Source of the DNA: Verrucomicrobiota bacterium
Lineage (GTDB): Bacteria; Verrucomicrobiota; Verrucomicrobiia; Limisphaerales; J093
Assembly (NCBI GenBank): GCA_012517065.1
Contig: JAAYVR010000133.1
Span: 258-64,257 of the forward strand
Length of the DNA stretch: 64,000 nt
Direction of reading: 5' to 3'
Shown: positions 45,572 to 54,684 of the stretch, one piece after another
How the letters are laid out: every line of letters begins with the position of its first letter
How positions within the stretch are numbered: position 1 is the first letter of the stretch
Made by a program: the position numbers and the translations under genes
The notes under the pieces: generated by a model
The model's database searches: none
Seen by the model: only the letters and a program-made list of their open reading frames with translations
What the model was told of the DNA's origin: nothing

Positions 45572-45643
45572 AGCCCGCATATTTCATACCCTGAGCAGTC
45601 TGCGAAACGGGTGTCTTCAAAGCAACCAAGGAATATGCGGGCT
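45572..45643. repeat. 'CCCGCATATT' hairpin element
   Basis: The arms AGCCCGCATATT (45572-45583) and AATATGCGGGCT (45632-45643) are exact reverse complements. The interior matches 3661-3705 and the reverse complement of 46604-46650. Confidence 0.85.
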
Positions 45644-45939
45644 CTGGGAAACCCGCGCCAAACCAAACAAGGAGCCAGCAGACCGGAGTTCTGGAGTTGC
45701 ATAGTCTTGCTGTTCCACAAACCAATTCGTTTCTCTGCCGTTCACCATCGCGCAATCGTTTTCCGGTAGGATGAGGCCGATCCTCACTCCCCCCGCGCCC
45801 CGCCCCCTGTCGCCTTTCTGCTGTTTAGCGTCCTCTGATCCCTGATTCATGGCCCCATCTCGGGTCAATGATCCATGGTCTATGGTCCTTACTCCTCTGC
45901 GGGCTTGTACTGTAATCGAGAGCTGCTTAAATGAGGCAC

Positions 45940-46509
45940 ATGAAAAGGTCACTCGGAGCAAAAACCATTGTCTATCCGGCCCCCGTGTTTGTCATCGGAA
46001 CGTATGATTCAACAGGCAAGGCAAACGTGATGACAGCCTCTTGGGCGGGCTTGTGCTGTTCACGGCCGCCCTGTGTGGCTGTGGCGTTGCGAAAAGCCAC
46101 AAGCACTTACGGCAACATCGTTCAACGCCAAGCCTTCACGGTCTCAATCCCGTCGGAGAAGTATCTCAAGCAGACCGACTATTTCGGTCTTGTTTCTGGG
46201 CGTGACGTTGACAAGTTCGCAGTGACAGGCCTAACAGCCGCAAGGAGCGAGATCGTCGATGCGCCGTATGTCGCTGAATTCCCGTTGGTGCTCGAATGCC
46301 GGCTCTTCAAAACCATTGAACTGGGTCTGCACACGCAATTCATCGGCGAGATCATGGATGTGAAGGCCGATGAAGACGTGATTGGTCTTGACGGATTGGA
46401 CATGGCCAAGGTCAGGCCTTTTGTCTTTGCACCTGACACGCAGTTCTACTACGGGATTGGGTCCTTTGCCGGACGCGCATTCGACGCCGGGCGAGAGCTC
46501 ATCCGATAG
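45940..46509 (+). CDS. Flavin reductase-like FMN-binding split-barrel protein
   Basis: It starts at the ATG at 45940 (MKRSLGAK...). The pattern PAPVFVIGTYDSTGKANVMTASWAGLCCSRPPCVAVALRK...FTVSIP is typical of flavin reductase domain proteins. Confidence 0.82.
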   Translation: MKRSLGAKTIVYPAPVFVIGTYDSTGKANVMTASWAGLCCSRPPCVAVALRKATSTYGNIVQRQAFTVSIPSEKYLKQTDYFGLVSGRDVDKFAVTGLTAARSEIVDAPYVAEFPLVLECRLFKTIELGLHTQFIGEIMDVKADEDVIGLDGLDMAKVRPFVFAPDTQFYYGIGSFAGRAFDAGRELIR

Positions 46510-46527
46510 ATTTGGGCCAACTTCTAG

Positions 46528-46591
46528 CCCGGAAATCTCACCGCTTGACCAGCGCAAGACACCCAAAGCTTCATTCCGGTGAGATTTCCGG
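46528..46591. repeat. 65-bp REP-like hairpin element
   Basis: The arms are CCCGGAAATCTCACCG (46528-46543) and CCGGTGAGATTTCCGG (46576-46591). The loop CTTGACCAGCGCAAGACACCCAAAGCTTCATT is related to the loops at 11153-11184 and, inverted, 8779-8810. The element starts 19 nt after the flavin reductase stop. Confidence 0.85.
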
Positions 46592-46660
46592 AGCCCGCAT
46601 ATTCTTTGGTTGCTTGAAGACGCCCGTTTCGCAGATTGCTCAGGGTATGAAGTATCCGAG
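46592..46660. repeat. 'CCCGCATATT' hairpin element, inverted copy with a degenerate distal arm, abutting the previous element
   Basis: 46604-46650 is the reverse complement of 45584-45631, apart from a few substitutions. Confidence 0.8.
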
Positions 46661-46911
46661 CTAGTGGCAGTTCATTACATTGAGGAGTCCTTCATATTCG
46701 CGAAGATTCTCAGGCTGCGAGTTTGGTTAATTCATCCGTATCTGCTTCGCTGACCGTCATCAAGGTGGTCATCGCAGTGGAGCCTTTGGGCGTGAGTCGG
46801 GTAAAGTGACAGGCTCGTTGTTTGGGTTTTGCGCCTTGATTGCGGCGTGGCCCGCAAATTGCCCCTTGTTTCTATCGGCGGCTGCCGAACTCTGTGGAGG
46901 AACCCCTCGGT

Positions 46912-47442
46912 GCCGATATGGGGACAGACACGTTGTTTGTGCATCCCCAGCCGGTGAATGTTCGGGTGCCGCATTTGCGTGATGTAAACGGGGCATAGGG
47001 TCGGTCGTCGGGTTGATGCGGCCGAGGACGGCCGCGCTCCCGACCGTCGGTGTCTTTTGTAATGCGCCGGCAGGAGCGCGGCGATTCTTCGCTGCACCCA
47101 GCCGGTGCATTTTCGGCGGTCCGATTTGGGTGATAGAAACGTGTCCTATGATCGGTCGTCGGGCTGGCGGCCGAAATATGGGGACAGACACGGTGTTTGG
47201 GCATGAAGACAAAGCGGCAGCAAGCTGCCGCACTCCAAACGCTTCGCGCCTACCAACGCCCACTGCATCCGCGGCAGCGCGTGAGAAGCCATTGGCATCA
47301 GCGCGCTCTTCCTTGCGACGGAGTCACAGGGCATATTTCCCAGCCCGGCGCGACTGAAGGTCCGGGTGGTGCAAGAGCCGCGGGGCGTTGCCCGTCAGGC
47401 GATTTTGGTTCCGGCTACGCCGGGCTGGGAAATATGCGGGCT
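46912..47442. repeat. ~530-bp composite repeat, copy 1 (collinear with 55976-56512)
   Basis: It aligns by hand end to end with 55976-56512 in the same orientation. Both start GCCGATATGGGGACAGACACGTTGTTTGT and both end GGGAAATATGCGGGCT. It contains the hairpin core GCGGCAGCAAGCTGCCGC (47214-47231) and a terminal V module with perfect 20-bp inverted termini (47331-47350 / 47418-47437). Confidence 0.88.
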
Positions 47443-47864
47443 AGCGCTCCCGCCCCCCGCCATCCGAATCCAGCCGTTTTGCGTGGGTATCTCACGCCCC
47501 TGTGTGTGCGGAGGAGCGCTTGCACCTGGCGCAAGATGGGAGTATATAAAGCGCGGCAATGGAGTTTGCCTGCCCGCCCAGCGGGGAACCGTCCCGACGT
47601 CGGGGCTGATGACTCCTATCGATGTGCTTGCGCGGTGGTGAGTCATGAGTATTTCGATCGGATCCAGACTTGGAGCGAGTCGGGCGGGTTCAACAGCGAA
47701 CCACGGCGCGGCGCGTCCACAGCCTAACAATCCCTTAAATAGACTTGCATCTGTTGCAGGAACACTGCTCTGTCGCGCTTCGTCCGCGTGGGGTGGCGCG
47801 CGTGGGCAAGCCGCATCTGCAGCGTTGTTACTGTCAGACCGAGCCGAGCATGTCGGCCTTGGCA

Positions 47865-47873
47865 TGATATAAA
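47865..47873 (+). promoter_or_regulatory. Candidate extended -10 element upstream of the GTPase-NurA-HerA cassette
   Basis: TGATATAAA matches TGnTATAAT at all but one position and lies ~22 nt upstream of the ATG at 47895. No convincing -35 or Shine-Dalgarno sequence is present. Confidence 0.25.
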
Positions 47874-47894
47874 CACCGGGTCAGAAAACAGCCC

Positions 47895-49550
47895 ATGTTA
47901 GGGAGTAACACTTACATCAACCGGATTGAAGAAGTCGCACGGATGTTGGGACTGACGAATCTGCAGCCCCAGATTGCCGCGTGTCGTGCGCAGTGCAATG
48001 GGACCGCAAGGATAGATGTTGCGGTTTTCGGGCGGTTCAAAGCCGGCAAGAGCTCGTTCCTAAACCATTTGACCGGCCGTACTGTTTTGCCGATTGGGGT
48101 CCTGCCACTTACAGCCGTTGTAACGAGACTGCGCGGCGGGCCCACTGAAAAGGCGGAAGTTCGGTTTCTCGATGGGAGTACACGCGTCATCTCCGTGACT
48201 GAAATCGGCCAGTATGTCGGGGAAAGTTTGAATCCGAACAACGTCAAGCAGGTTGATTCTGTGGTGGTTGAACTGCCGGCTTTGGCGCGACTGGCGCCGC
48301 TGGAATTTGTCGATACGCCCGGTTTGGGGAGTGCATTCGCGCACAATACTGAAGCGGCGATGAAATGGCTGCCCAACGTTGGGGCGGCTCTGGTGGCGGT
48401 GAGTTCGGACGCGCCATTGTCGGAGCGTGACCTTGGACTGCTGGAAGAGCTGAGGCGTCACACGCCGAAGATTGTGATTTTGCTGACAAAGGCGGATTTG
48501 CTCACCGAGCCGCAACGGAATGAAGTGATTGAGTTCGTGCGTGGCCAAATGCGTCGCATTTGGAACGAGGAATACCCCGTGTTCTTCTACTCAGTGCGGC
48601 CGGGCCTCGAGTCTTTCAAAGAGACGCTCGAAACCAGGCTGCTCATGCCGCTGATCAGGGACAGGGATGCAGCCGCTGATCAAATTGCGAGGCATAAACT
48701 CGCGTCGTTGATGGAGCAGGCGCTCAATTACGTCAGAGTTGCCCACGCTGCTGCTACGCAGGCCGATTCAGCGCGGCTGGCGTTGGCTGACAAACTAGGC
48801 GAAGAACGCCAGCAGTTTGATTTGTTCCGTTCCGAGCTTGGGGTTCTTGCGTGTCAGCTCTCTGCGTCAGCGCTCGAGTCGTCGTTGACCCGGCTTCAGC
48901 CGACGGAGGCTGCTTTGCGGGAGAAGCTGGTGAGGGAACTGGAGGCGCAGTTTTCGATGTGGCGGTTGCGGCTGCCGGGCTTGGTGCGTGCGTGGCATGA
49001 TTGGCTGGGAGAGTTCTTCAAGCGCGAACTGAGCGAGGTCTCGCGGACACAGAAACACGTGTTTTGCGAGCCGCTTTACAGGTCGAAACAGCATCTCACG
49101 CGGATGTTGTGCGGGTTTCACGATCGTCTGGCGTCGCATGTGAAGGCTGCGCTTGGCGTGACGCTCGCACCGCGCGAGTTCACACTGGCAGTAGAAGAAC
49201 CATTGGCACCGCCGATAGACGTCGGGTTTGGCTTCGACGTGGTGATTGACCTTGTCGGGCACCTTGTGCCGATGACGGTTTTTGGGCGTGCAATAAAGCA
49301 TTCGCTGTTGCGAAAGGCATGTTGGGAATTGGAGAAGAATGTCTCAAGGTTGGCGGCTGCGTGGCGCGACCGCGTGGCTGTTGCAATCGGTTCCCTTGTA
49401 AAACAAGCGGAACAGGCGGCACTGGAAGAACTGTCGGCGCTGGAACAGATGCTTTCGCAGACCGCATCCAAGGCGCCCGTGTTGCAGGAAACGATCAAAG
49501 AATTGGAAAGCGCCATCGAAGAAGTGCGCGGAAAACGCACGAAGCCCTGA
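47895..49550 (+). CDS. Dynamin-like GTPase (bacterial dynamin-like protein family)
   Basis: 551-aa ORF. The GTPase motifs occur in dynamin order: G1 VFGRFKAGKSSFLN, G3 FVDTPGLGS, G4 LLTKADLL. A ~300-aa predicted helical C-terminal region follows, and no transmembrane segment is obvious. Confidence 0.82.
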   Translation: MLGSNTYINRIEEVARMLGLTNLQPQIAACRAQCNGTARIDVAVFGRFKAGKSSFLNHLTGRTVLPIGVLPLTAVVTRLRGGPTEKAEVRFLDGSTRVISVTEIGQYVGESLNPNNVKQVDSVVVELPALARLAPLEFVDTPGLGSAFAHNTEAAMKWLPNVGAALVAVSSDAPLSERDLGLLEELRRHTPKIVILLTKADLLTEPQRNEVIEFVRGQMRRIWNEEYPVFFYSVRPGLESFKETLETRLLMPLIRDRDAAADQIARHKLASLMEQALNYVRVAHAAATQADSARLALADKLGEERQQFDLFRSELGVLACQLSASALESSLTRLQPTEAALREKLVRELEAQFSMWRLRLPGLVRAWHDWLGEFFKRELSEVSRTQKHVFCEPLYRSKQHLTRMLCGFHDRLASHVKAALGVTLAPREFTLAVEEPLAPPIDVGFGFDVVIDLVGHLVPMTVFGRAIKHSLLRKACWELEKNVSRLAAAWRDRVAVAIGSLVKQAEQAALEELSALEQMLSQTASKAPVLQETIKELESAIEEVRGKRTKP

Positions 49551-49626
49551 ATTGGGGCAGGAAAGCGCGTGCGGGGTCTTGTTTGCAGCGTTGCACTTGG
49601 GAAGTGACCGGATACCATGTCCAACG

Positions 49627-50709
49627 ATGAGTCTGACTTCGAAGAGGCTGGAACGCCTGCAACGCAGCCTTGAACTTGCGCTGAACCAAGAATGGCCGCA
49701 ACTGGTCCGGATAAAACGGCATCTGATTGGGCTGCGGCCGAGGCCAATCACATCGGATATCAAATCGGGCGGAACATTGCCGGCCGTGGCGACAGTGGCC
49801 ACTGACGGCGGAGAGAATCGGCTGAACCTCGATCCAATCCGTGTCCAGGTGCTGCGCGTGGCTGACAGCACAGGCGAGGTTTATTTCGAGGATTTCATTC
49901 CTCTTTCCCTTCAACCAGAGGAAATCTTGCGGTTCTATTTCAAGTCTGAACCAAGGCTGCAGAGATTCCTTGAATGGTTGGGGTGTGGCTGGAATGAACT
50001 TTTGCCGCGGACTGACTATCAGCGTGGCAGTTTGCTGGCGATGTTGCGGGAGCTGCTCGAATGGGCGGCTCTTGTGAAGCTGGCAAGCAAAGGACCACCG
50101 AAGCTGTTGATCCGAGACGGGCTTCTTCGTAGCATTCTGCTGAACGAGCCGGTGTTCGTCGCGCTTCGGCGAAGACTGGAGCATTTGACAAACAAGCACA
50201 GCCACTTGTTGGTCGGGATAGCCAAGCGATCGAAAGTTATCAATTACCTGGCGCTTGCGTTTGGCTTGAACGAAACATTCGCAGGCGGACAGCCGTCGTA
50301 CATTGTGGTGCCGGAAACACTGGAACGCGAGGCCGCGCCGGAGCAATACCGTTGGATCGGAGAACGGGCAATGGGCCAATTGTATGTCGCACGCCTTGAC
50401 GCCGGGGAGGGCGTGCCTTTGTTTCCAGTGGACGTTGCCGTGTGGCAACGGAGCCGGGCCGCTGAAGTGATGGCGCTACTGCATGAATCTGCGCGCGGCA
50501 GTTTCCCTTTGCGCGGTTACCCGAACGCACTTGTGCGCGCTCACGAACACGCCCGACTTGGCGCTCTTGAAACCGAAATGTTCGAGCGACTCCTGCTTGA
50601 GGTGCTTGCTGCCCGGGACCCGGAAACGGCGCAGCAAGCGCATTTGCTGAAGCTGATTGGCCGCCAGCTCATTGAGGAACCCAGCCATGACGAACTCATT
50701 CAAGCTTAG
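49627..50709 (+). CDS. NurA-like nuclease domain protein
   Basis: The track ORF starts at TTG 49552, 1 nt after the upstream stop; the ATG at 49627 gives MSLTSKRLERL.... The NurA-type landmarks are VATVATDGGENRL (catalytic Asp region), KLLIRDGLLRS, LLVGIAKRSKVINY, LYVARL and YPNALVRAHEHARL. Confidence 0.72.
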   Translation: MSLTSKRLERLQRSLELALNQEWPQLVRIKRHLIGLRPRPITSDIKSGGTLPAVATVATDGGENRLNLDPIRVQVLRVADSTGEVYFEDFIPLSLQPEEILRFYFKSEPRLQRFLEWLGCGWNELLPRTDYQRGSLLAMLRELLEWAALVKLASKGPPKLLIRDGLLRSILLNEPVFVALRRRLEHLTNKHSHLLVGIAKRSKVINYLALAFGLNETFAGGQPSYIVVPETLEREAAPEQYRWIGERAMGQLYVARLDAGEGVPLFPVDVAVWQRSRAAEVMALLHESARGSFPLRGYPNALVRAHEHARLGALETEMFERLLLEVLAARDPETAQQAHLLKLIGRQLIEEPSHDELIQA

Positions 50710-52660
50710 TCTTTACTCTGACGAAAGGCCCGTTGGCTTGCTCAAGGGCTTCTCGCCGCTGCCTCACCAGTTGGAAGTCGATGCCGTTGTGCCATACGAC
50801 GAGCGCGGCTTGCCGGGATTCGGCGAGTTTCTCTTCGTTGAACTGGACGAGACACGCGCCATCGTGGGGCGGGTCAGCAAGTACCACACAGCCGGTCAAC
50901 TCACTTCCGCGCAGGGCGACGCGTATCTTGCCGACCTTGCAAAGGCAGATGTGCAGTTGCCGGAACCGATTGCGCGCCAGATGTTGCGCTACAACCTCAA
51001 AATCCATCTCCTCGGCCAGTTGAGCATTGATGGCGGCAAGTTCAGATTCGCTGTCGGCAAACGGGCGTTCGCCACGCTTGGAAGCAAGGTCAGGACACCG
51101 TCCGAAGCCGCCCTGACATTTCTGTGCAATGTCGGGCTGGAAAACGATCCCACTGCGGCATCACTCGGGCTGTTGGCTTACGGCGAGCACGTCACGAATG
51201 TGCCGGTCAGGTTTAGTGTCGCTCGTCTCAAAGGGAAACGTAGTTTCGTGTTCGCCCGGGCCGGGTACGGCAAGAGCAACCTCATCAAGTACCTCGTTTC
51301 GCAGCTTTACTCTTCCCCGCCAGATGTGGGGCTGCTGATTTTCGACCCTGAGGGTGAGTATGCGCTGCCGGACGCTCATGGGCGGCCGGGGCTGGCAAAC
51401 GTGCCTGCGCTGAGTCCGCGGCTCGGGCTTTACACAAATCGTCGTGTGCCCGCCCAATATGCAGGTTTCCGAAAGGGCGATGTAAATGTGGATTTCGGCG
51501 ATTTTCCGCCCCAGGACATTGTTGCGGCGTTTGTGCCGCAGGAAAAACAGGAAATGGTGTTCGCCAACATGTTGCGCAGCCTTGACTGGGACGCATGGCG
51601 ACAACTGGTCCAGCTCCTCGCAAGAGACGGTTACGCCTCAGACAACAACGCGATCGCCAAATTGCTCTCGTACAAGCCGCGGCAGGACGACGTAACCCTC
51701 GGCGCGATCAAGAACAATCTCGTGCCTGCAATAAAGCGTCTGCATCGGCAAGGGGCTGTACTCGGCAAGAACATCCTTGAAGAATTGCGCCAGAACCGGA
51801 TCGTTGTGGTTGACATATCGTTGCTCGGCAGTGAAGACGGCCTCGCAATTTCGGGCATGCTGCTCCGCCGAGTGTTCCAGCACAACATCCGGCATCTGAC
51901 TGAACTTGGGGGACCGAGCGTGCGCTGTCTCGCTGTCATCGAAGAAGCTCAGACGGTTCTTGGCGACAGGTCATTGAGTGACGCCAACATTTTCGTCCGT
52001 TGGGTGAAAGAAGGACGGAAATACGGGCTGGGTGCAATCATTGTCACGCAGCAGCCCGGCGCAATTTCGGACCAGATCATCAGCCAGGGCGACAATTTCT
52101 TTGTATTGCACCTGCTCAACGACGATGACCTGCAGACTCTCAAACGCCACAACGCATATTACACCGATGAAATCTTGAATTATCTCCGTGCCGAGCCGAT
52201 CGTTGGCAACTGCTATTTCTGGAGTGCACCGAGCCAGCCGTTCGTTTTGCCCGTGCGCGTTACCAATTTCGAGTCCATATGCCAAAAAACCGCCACTGCA
52301 ACAACTGTGTCGTCCCACAAAAGGCCGGCACTGATCGCCCAAGCTGTCCGCGACGCGCTCGAGACCAACGGGCGCGTCTGGCTGTATCCGGTCAGGTCAT
52401 ATGCTGGTCGCGAAGAGCGAGGTTGCTTTGCGGTCAGCTCGGATTACCTTCACGCGGCTGTATGCCACGCGGTCGATGCTGACAGCGACGAAGTGAAGAA
52501 ACAGATCGCCGCTGTATTGGCGCGCCACAACGTCAGGGTTGGATATGCTGTTCTCGAAGGAATAACAAGGCAAGTGTGGGTCATTTCTGAAACAGAACTG
52601 AAACTCCGACCCGGCAAAAAACCTCGTCCTACCCCGGTCGATGTTTCCGACAGGTTCTAA
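50687..52660 (+). CDS. HerA/FtsK-like hexameric ATPase (DUF87 helicase-HerA central domain)
   Basis: The ATG at 50687 overlaps the upstream stop by 23 nt. It has an N-terminal barrel-like region, Walker A FVFARAGYGKSNL and Walker B RCLAVIEEAQTVL, followed by VKEGRKYGLGAIIVTQQPGAISDQIISQGDNFFVLHLLNDDD, which is characteristic of HerA-type ATPases. Confidence 0.85.
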   Translation: MTNSFKLSLYSDERPVGLLKGFSPLPHQLEVDAVVPYDERGLPGFGEFLFVELDETRAIVGRVSKYHTAGQLTSAQGDAYLADLAKADVQLPEPIARQMLRYNLKIHLLGQLSIDGGKFRFAVGKRAFATLGSKVRTPSEAALTFLCNVGLENDPTAASLGLLAYGEHVTNVPVRFSVARLKGKRSFVFARAGYGKSNLIKYLVSQLYSSPPDVGLLIFDPEGEYALPDAHGRPGLANVPALSPRLGLYTNRRVPAQYAGFRKGDVNVDFGDFPPQDIVAAFVPQEKQEMVFANMLRSLDWDAWRQLVQLLARDGYASDNNAIAKLLSYKPRQDDVTLGAIKNNLVPAIKRLHRQGAVLGKNILEELRQNRIVVVDISLLGSEDGLAISGMLLRRVFQHNIRHLTELGGPSVRCLAVIEEAQTVLGDRSLSDANIFVRWVKEGRKYGLGAIIVTQQPGAISDQIISQGDNFFVLHLLNDDDLQTLKRHNAYYTDEILNYLRAEPIVGNCYFWSAPSQPFVLPVRVTNFESICQKTATATTVSSHKRPALIAQAVRDALETNGRVWLYPVRSYAGREERGCFAVSSDYLHAAVCHAVDADSDEVKKQIAAVLARHNVRVGYAVLEGITRQVWVISETELKLRPGKKPRPTPVDVSDRF

Positions 52661-52677
52661 CCCGGAAATCTCACCGG
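52661..52677. repeat. Single arm of the REP-like element immediately after the HerA-like stop codon
   Basis: CCCGGAAATCTCACCGG starts 1 nt after the TAA at 52658-52660. GGGAAAATATGCGGGTT follows at ~52690. Confidence 0.7.
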
Positions 52678-52725
52678 CCAAGCCGGCCTGGGAAAATATG
52701 CGGGTTAGGCTCGCGGACGTGCGGA

Positions 52726-53370
52726 TTAGCTTTGACCGGACAACGCAACCGCAATCAACACGCGAGCCAACCTGTTTGCCGCGCTGCGCAATCGGCGGCG
52801 CCAACTCAACAGTTTCATCATCGCTCTGGGCCGCACAGTGGTCCAAAGCACAAGCCGCGGGAAATTGATCGTGTGCTCCTGGGTAACAAACCTGTTGAAG
52901 TCCACGGGTAGGTCTTCGTGCGTCGAATCCGAAACAACCCGAACAATGGCAAATTCGAGGTTGGTTTCGCGACACACCTCAGACAAGCCACCCGATTCCA
53001 TGTCAACTGCGTCGGCACCCGTTGAATCTCGCAACAGGCGTTTTTCGCTCGCTTTGCACACAACGGTGTCAACACAACAAAACCGCGCTCGACGTCCTCC
53101 CGCCTCAACAAGGACACGGTCCAAACCCGGTGATTGTCCCGGGTCAAACACGATGTCGCCGACCTTCAAGCCAGGATCGAGTGCCCCTGCAAACCCGCAA
53201 CTGAACACTCTGTTAGGTTTGTCTTCTGCCAACCATCGGCGCAACGCTTTGCCGGCGTTTGATCGGCCCATGCCGGTGATCAACACGGCGGCCGGGCATC
53301 GCACACCCGCTTCTCTGAGGAACGGCCGCGCTTCGATCGGCACGGCAAAACAAAAAAGTGTGTTCTTCAT
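52726..53370 (-). CDS. Nucleoside phosphorylase-family (PNP_UDP_1) protein, MTA/SAH-nucleosidase / HpnG / futalosine-hydrolase-like
   Basis: 214-aa ORF. It has VLITGMGRSNAG, SCGFAGALDPGLKVGDIV and AVDMESGGLSEVC, the family landmarks. The specific substrate cannot be told by eye. Confidence 0.75.
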   Translation of the reverse strand: MKNTLFCFAVPIEARPFLREAGVRCPAAVLITGMGRSNAGKALRRWLAEDKPNRVFSCGFAGALDPGLKVGDIVFDPGQSPGLDRVLVEAGGRRARFCCVDTVVCKASEKRLLRDSTGADAVDMESGGLSEVCRETNLEFAIVRVVSDSTHEDLPVDFNRFVTQEHTINFPRLVLWTTVRPRAMMKLLSWRRRLRSAANRLARVLIAVALSGQS

Positions 53371-53385
53371 TAGCCAGATGACTTT

Positions 53386-54561
53386 TCATCCGCCATGGAC
53401 CTGTGACAGGACACGAAACGCTCTTCCGAGACCGGACGGATGCGCCAGCGTGAGCAACGCCGCTCGGTCTCGCTGTGTAAGAGCCAACGCGCTGTTCAAC
53501 AGTTCACCGCTGTGCTGCAGAATGCGCATGATATATGTTGCTTGGTCAACCATGCGTTCGGTTACGAGCCCCTGCGCCTCACCGGCTTCGATCAACGCGG
53601 AGAAATCCACGTGCGCTGTCAGGTCTTTCTCGCCCGGCATTTCAAGGAGCTCATCGTCAACAGTGTGGCGGCAGTAGGCGCGAGCTGTTCCGTTTTGCCT
53701 GTGAGGACTAAACAGCTCTTCACGGGTTAGTCCGTAATCGATTGTAATCAACGCGCCTTTGGCTAGCGCTGTTGCGGCCTTTCGCCACCATCGCGCCGCT
53801 CCCGGACAATAATCCAGGCGAAAACCATCTGGCAAAACCTCAGCAAGCGCCTGAGCGGTCGCACAGATAGCTCGCCAGTCTGAATCAGCTTCGGCTGCTT
53901 CATCGGGGCCGCCAGTCCGCGGCGTGCCTCCGAAACCGCCCATGTCAACCCACACAAAGCGGCCACCGTCAAGTCCAACCCCATCCTCATGCCACTGTCG
54001 CTGCTGCCTGCTCCACCGCAGCCGATGAAGCGGGAATGAATCCAACAGCTCGTTTGCGAATACCACGCCGTGAACCGAACCGTTCCCGAGCTCGTCAATT
54101 GCCTGGCACCAACTCACTCGGTCGAGATGCTCTGAAACATTCATGCGTTGTGCCGCTTTGCGCTTCGGGGAAGGCTCGATTATCACGTACCGCAGTTTGG
54201 CATACAAATCTGGCCGTGCGGTTTTCGTTGCCGTTAGTATGTCTGCTGCCAGGGTTCCATCGTGCGCACCACACTCGACAAGGTCGAACCCCGCCGAGTT
54301 CAGCTTTTCAAGTCGAGCGCTGAAATCCACGGCCAACAGCTTTCCGAAAACCGAACCGACGCTCACGCTGGTGTAGTAGTCACCTCGCCGTCCAATCTGG
54401 TCCAACGCGCGCTCGTAGTAGCCGTGGTCGGGATGATAAAGCGCCAATTCCATAAACCTCGCGAACGTGATCGGCCCTCGAGATTCTATTTCGCGACGGA
54501 TCAGCTCATGCAACGCAGCCGATTCATCGCTGGTTGCCTGATTCTCTGAGCCTTTCTGCAT
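53386..54561 (-). CDS. Class I SAM-dependent methyltransferase, MidA/NDUFAF7 (DUF185) family
   Basis: 391-aa ORF. ITFARFMELALYHPDHGYY...GDYYTSVSVGSVFGKLLA...LVECGAHDGTLAADIL is the typical family N-terminus. Confidence 0.82.
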   Translation of the reverse strand: MQKGSENQATSDESAALHELIRREIESRGPITFARFMELALYHPDHGYYERALDQIGRRGDYYTSVSVGSVFGKLLAVDFSARLEKLNSAGFDLVECGAHDGTLAADILTATKTARPDLYAKLRYVIIEPSPKRKAAQRMNVSEHLDRVSWCQAIDELGNGSVHGVVFANELLDSFPLHRLRWSRQQRQWHEDGVGLDGGRFVWVDMGGFGGTPRTGGPDEAAEADSDWRAICATAQALAEVLPDGFRLDYCPGAARWWRKAATALAKGALITIDYGLTREELFSPHRQNGTARAYCRHTVDDELLEMPGEKDLTAHVDFSALIEAGEAQGLVTERMVDQATYIMRILQHSGELLNSALALTQRDRAALLTLAHPSGLGRAFRVLSQVHGG

Positions 54562-54684
54562 AACGAATCTTGGGCAAGACTACCTCGTTGTGCGAGAAAA
54601 CGCAGTTCAATCTCAACAGCCCGGTTGTTCTCTTTGAGCTGGACTGGACAGGTTTGGGTTGCCAAGGTCAACCCGACAAAGTGC

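Noticed and set aside
46510-47894. Insertion sequence, transposon or prophage boundary next to the GTPase-NurA-HerA cassette.
   Set aside because: No transposase, integrase or recombinase ORF is present here or anywhere in the window. The region consists of short non-autonomous repeat modules, so I describe it only as a repeat island rather than a mobile element.
49552-49626. TTG start at 49552 for the NurA-like gene and TTG start at 50657 for the HerA-like gene, as listed in the ORF track.
   Set aside because: Not excluded: TTG 49552 would give near-perfect translational coupling to the GTPase gene. However, the extra N-terminal residues (GQESACGVLFAALHLGSDRIPCPT; AASSLRNPA) show no family features, and ATG codons follow in frame. 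I report the ATG starts and flag the uncertainty.
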